Positions 61,947 to 64,000 of a stretch of 64,000 nt of DNA are shown in pieces. Origin of the DNA: Eledone cirrhosa (lineage: Eukaryota); the NCBI GenBank assembly GCA_964016885.1, contig OZ024745.1, positions 89,590,001 to 89,654,000 on the forward strand. The letters run 5' to 3'. How positions within the stretch are numbered: the first letter of the stretch is position 1; every line of letters begins with the position of its first letter. Position numbers and translations under genes: made by a program. A model generated the notes under the pieces. It was not told the DNA's origin, did no database searches, and was given only the letters and a program-made list of their open reading frames with translations.

Positions 61947-64000
61947 ATGCCACGGCGAAAAAGACGCCTACTTGGTAGATCATCAGCTTTAGCTTTAAAA
62001 ATGAAATGAAGACGGTTGGAAGAATCGCCACAAATGACTCAATCCAGAAGAACTCACGAAGCTTCCCTTAGAGCTCTTGCAAGAGCTGCGACTGAAGATG
62101 AAGAACGTTCAAAACGACGAGACAGAAATGCTGCCTCAACTTCGATTGCAAGAGCTTCAGAGAATAAGGGAAAGCGATTATTCCGCCAAAAGAAAAATTC
62201 TGAAGCAACTGCTATTGCACGAGCTGCAGAAAACGAAACACAACGTGCTGCATCAACTTCTGCTGCTCGAAATGCAGAAAACGATGCTCAACGCTCACTG
62301 CGACAGAAAAGAAATGCAGAGGCCCCTGCAATTACACGAGCTGCGGAAACTGAAACACAATGTTTGCTGCGACAGCAAAGAGATGCTGCATCAACTTCTG
62401 CTACACGCGCTAGAGAAACTGTTGAACACCGACAACAACGGCCGGGCGAGAACACACGTCGCAGAGCTTCTGCGCAGGGTCTTTCAAAGCCTTGCAAAAC
62501 ACGGTGGTCACTTAAGGCATTTAACTATGACCCAAACGATAGTTATGAGACGCATCCAGATATGCACTATGTCTACAATTTGCCCCCTTTGCAATGCTAA
62601 AAATGGCCAGGGAAAGCTAAAGGAATGTGCTGCGCCAATGGTAAAGTCAAACTGCCCCTTCTTCAGGAGCCCCTCAGCTGTTGAAGTTCCTACTGACAGG
62701 CGCGACTTCGGAGTCGAGAAAATTTCTTCGTGAAATTCGTCAGTACAACTGCTCCTTCCAAATGACCTCCTCCGGATCAAACATTTTCAATGAAGGTGAA
62801 TTTATGCCTACTTTCAAAGTGCAGGGGCAGGTTTAATACAGGATTGGATCACTCTTACCTGTGGCAAATGCAGAGAACAACTTGCTTCAGATTTACTTCG
62901 TTGCGGACTACCGAGAACAGGCAGCGAGACGGACAGCCGTTTCACCCAAAACCAACCCAGAGCTCCTAATTCAACTTCAAGAAATGCTGCATACAAACAA
63001 CAGTTACGTGCTTAGCTTCAAATACGCCCTGGAAAATGCACCTTTAAGCAACTTAAACTTGGTTCTCAATGCTGAAGAAAGACCACCCGGAGAGCATGCC
63101 GGTCGTTACAATTCACCCGCATGCAATGAAGTTGCTATAGTCCTCCATGGTGATCAACACAACAGAAGAGACTTTGTTATTAAACATCGTGACAACACCC
63201 TTCAACGGATCAGTGAGATACACAGATCCTACGATGCATTGATGTATCCACTTCTCTTTCTGTGAAAATGGATACCACACCACGATTCCGCAGTTCAACC
63301 CACTGGCACCTGGCCAACCTACCAATAAGACAGTGTCTTGTATGCAATTCTATGCCTACCACTTCATGGTCCGCGACGACTGCTTTAACCACCCTCATCG
63401 TTCACAACAACTATTCAACCAATTTGCTGTAGACATGGCCGCGAAAACAGAGACTGAACGACTGTGCTTCATAAGATTAAACCAGACAAAACTACGCTGC
63501 GACGATTACATTCACCTACGTGATGGAATGAACAATAATGAAAACCCAGATAACATTGGAAAAGTTTGCATTTTACCTTCAACCTTCAAAGGAAGTCCCC
63601 GTTGAGTGCATTCAAGAACCCAGGACGCGATGACGTATGAGCGCGTGTACAGCAAACCAGACCTATTTATTACTTTTACATGCAATCCTTCGTGGCTAGA
63701 AATTGCCCATGAACTCCTTCCAGGACAACAGCCCAGCAGTCGCCATGACCTCTCATCCAGAGTCTTCGAGCTAAAAGTATACAAACTAATGGACCTTATC
63801 ACAAAGGACCAGGTATTTGGACGTGTCCAATGTTACATGTACACAATTGAATGGCAGAAGCAGGGAACTCCCCCATGCTCACATTCTTATTTGGTTGTCG
63901 ACAAAAATCAGAGCAGACGACATCGACAAGTTTATATCCGCAAAGCTTCCAAACCCGCAAACTGACAAAACCCTATTTGACAGGGTTACGGCGCACATGG
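61947..64000 (+). pseudogene. Helitron Rep/Helicase, N-terminal and Rep (HUH) region, frameshifted
   Basis: PTFKVQGQV, EHAGRYN.P..NEVA, HRSYDALMYPLLF, ERL.FIR.NQ.KLR, ILPSTF.GSPR, PDLFITFTCNP.W.EI, IEWQK.G.PHAH across several frames. Confidence 0.92.

Larger units (their letters stand above)
60339..64000 (+). mobile_element. decayed autonomous Helitron (5' part, runs off the window)
   Basis: 5' TATATAAAA followed by (GTCT)n; Rep coding remnants downstream; 5' boundary inferred. Confidence 0.75.

Overview
AT-rich eukaryotic genomic DNA with dense (TA)n/(CA)n/(TATC)n microsatellites, made almost entirely of nested transposable elements. The SINE family looks octopod-like (inference). No host gene could be supported. 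Recognisable elements: decayed Penelope-like elements (PLEs, GIY-YIG), two tandem near-full-length Tx1/L1-clade LINEs in (TATC)n repeats, two RTE LINE fragments, one decayed autonomous and two non-autonomous Helitron pieces, and two tRNA-derived SINE families. The main discovery, read by eye, is about 30 type I hammerhead ribozyme (HHR) motifs from about 14 unrelated sequence families. Some end PLE 3' regions. Most sit in ORF-less monomers of about 310-1460 nt arranged as 1.0-3.3 head-to-tail copies, often with a fold-back inverted arm, inserted into (TA)n. This resembles a diverse retrozyme-like (circular RNA) system probably mobilised by PLEs. It includes core variants (U4A, U4C, A6U), very long stem II insertions and a recurring mismatch at stem II position 4. 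Folds are manual, activity is untested, and boundaries are approximate.
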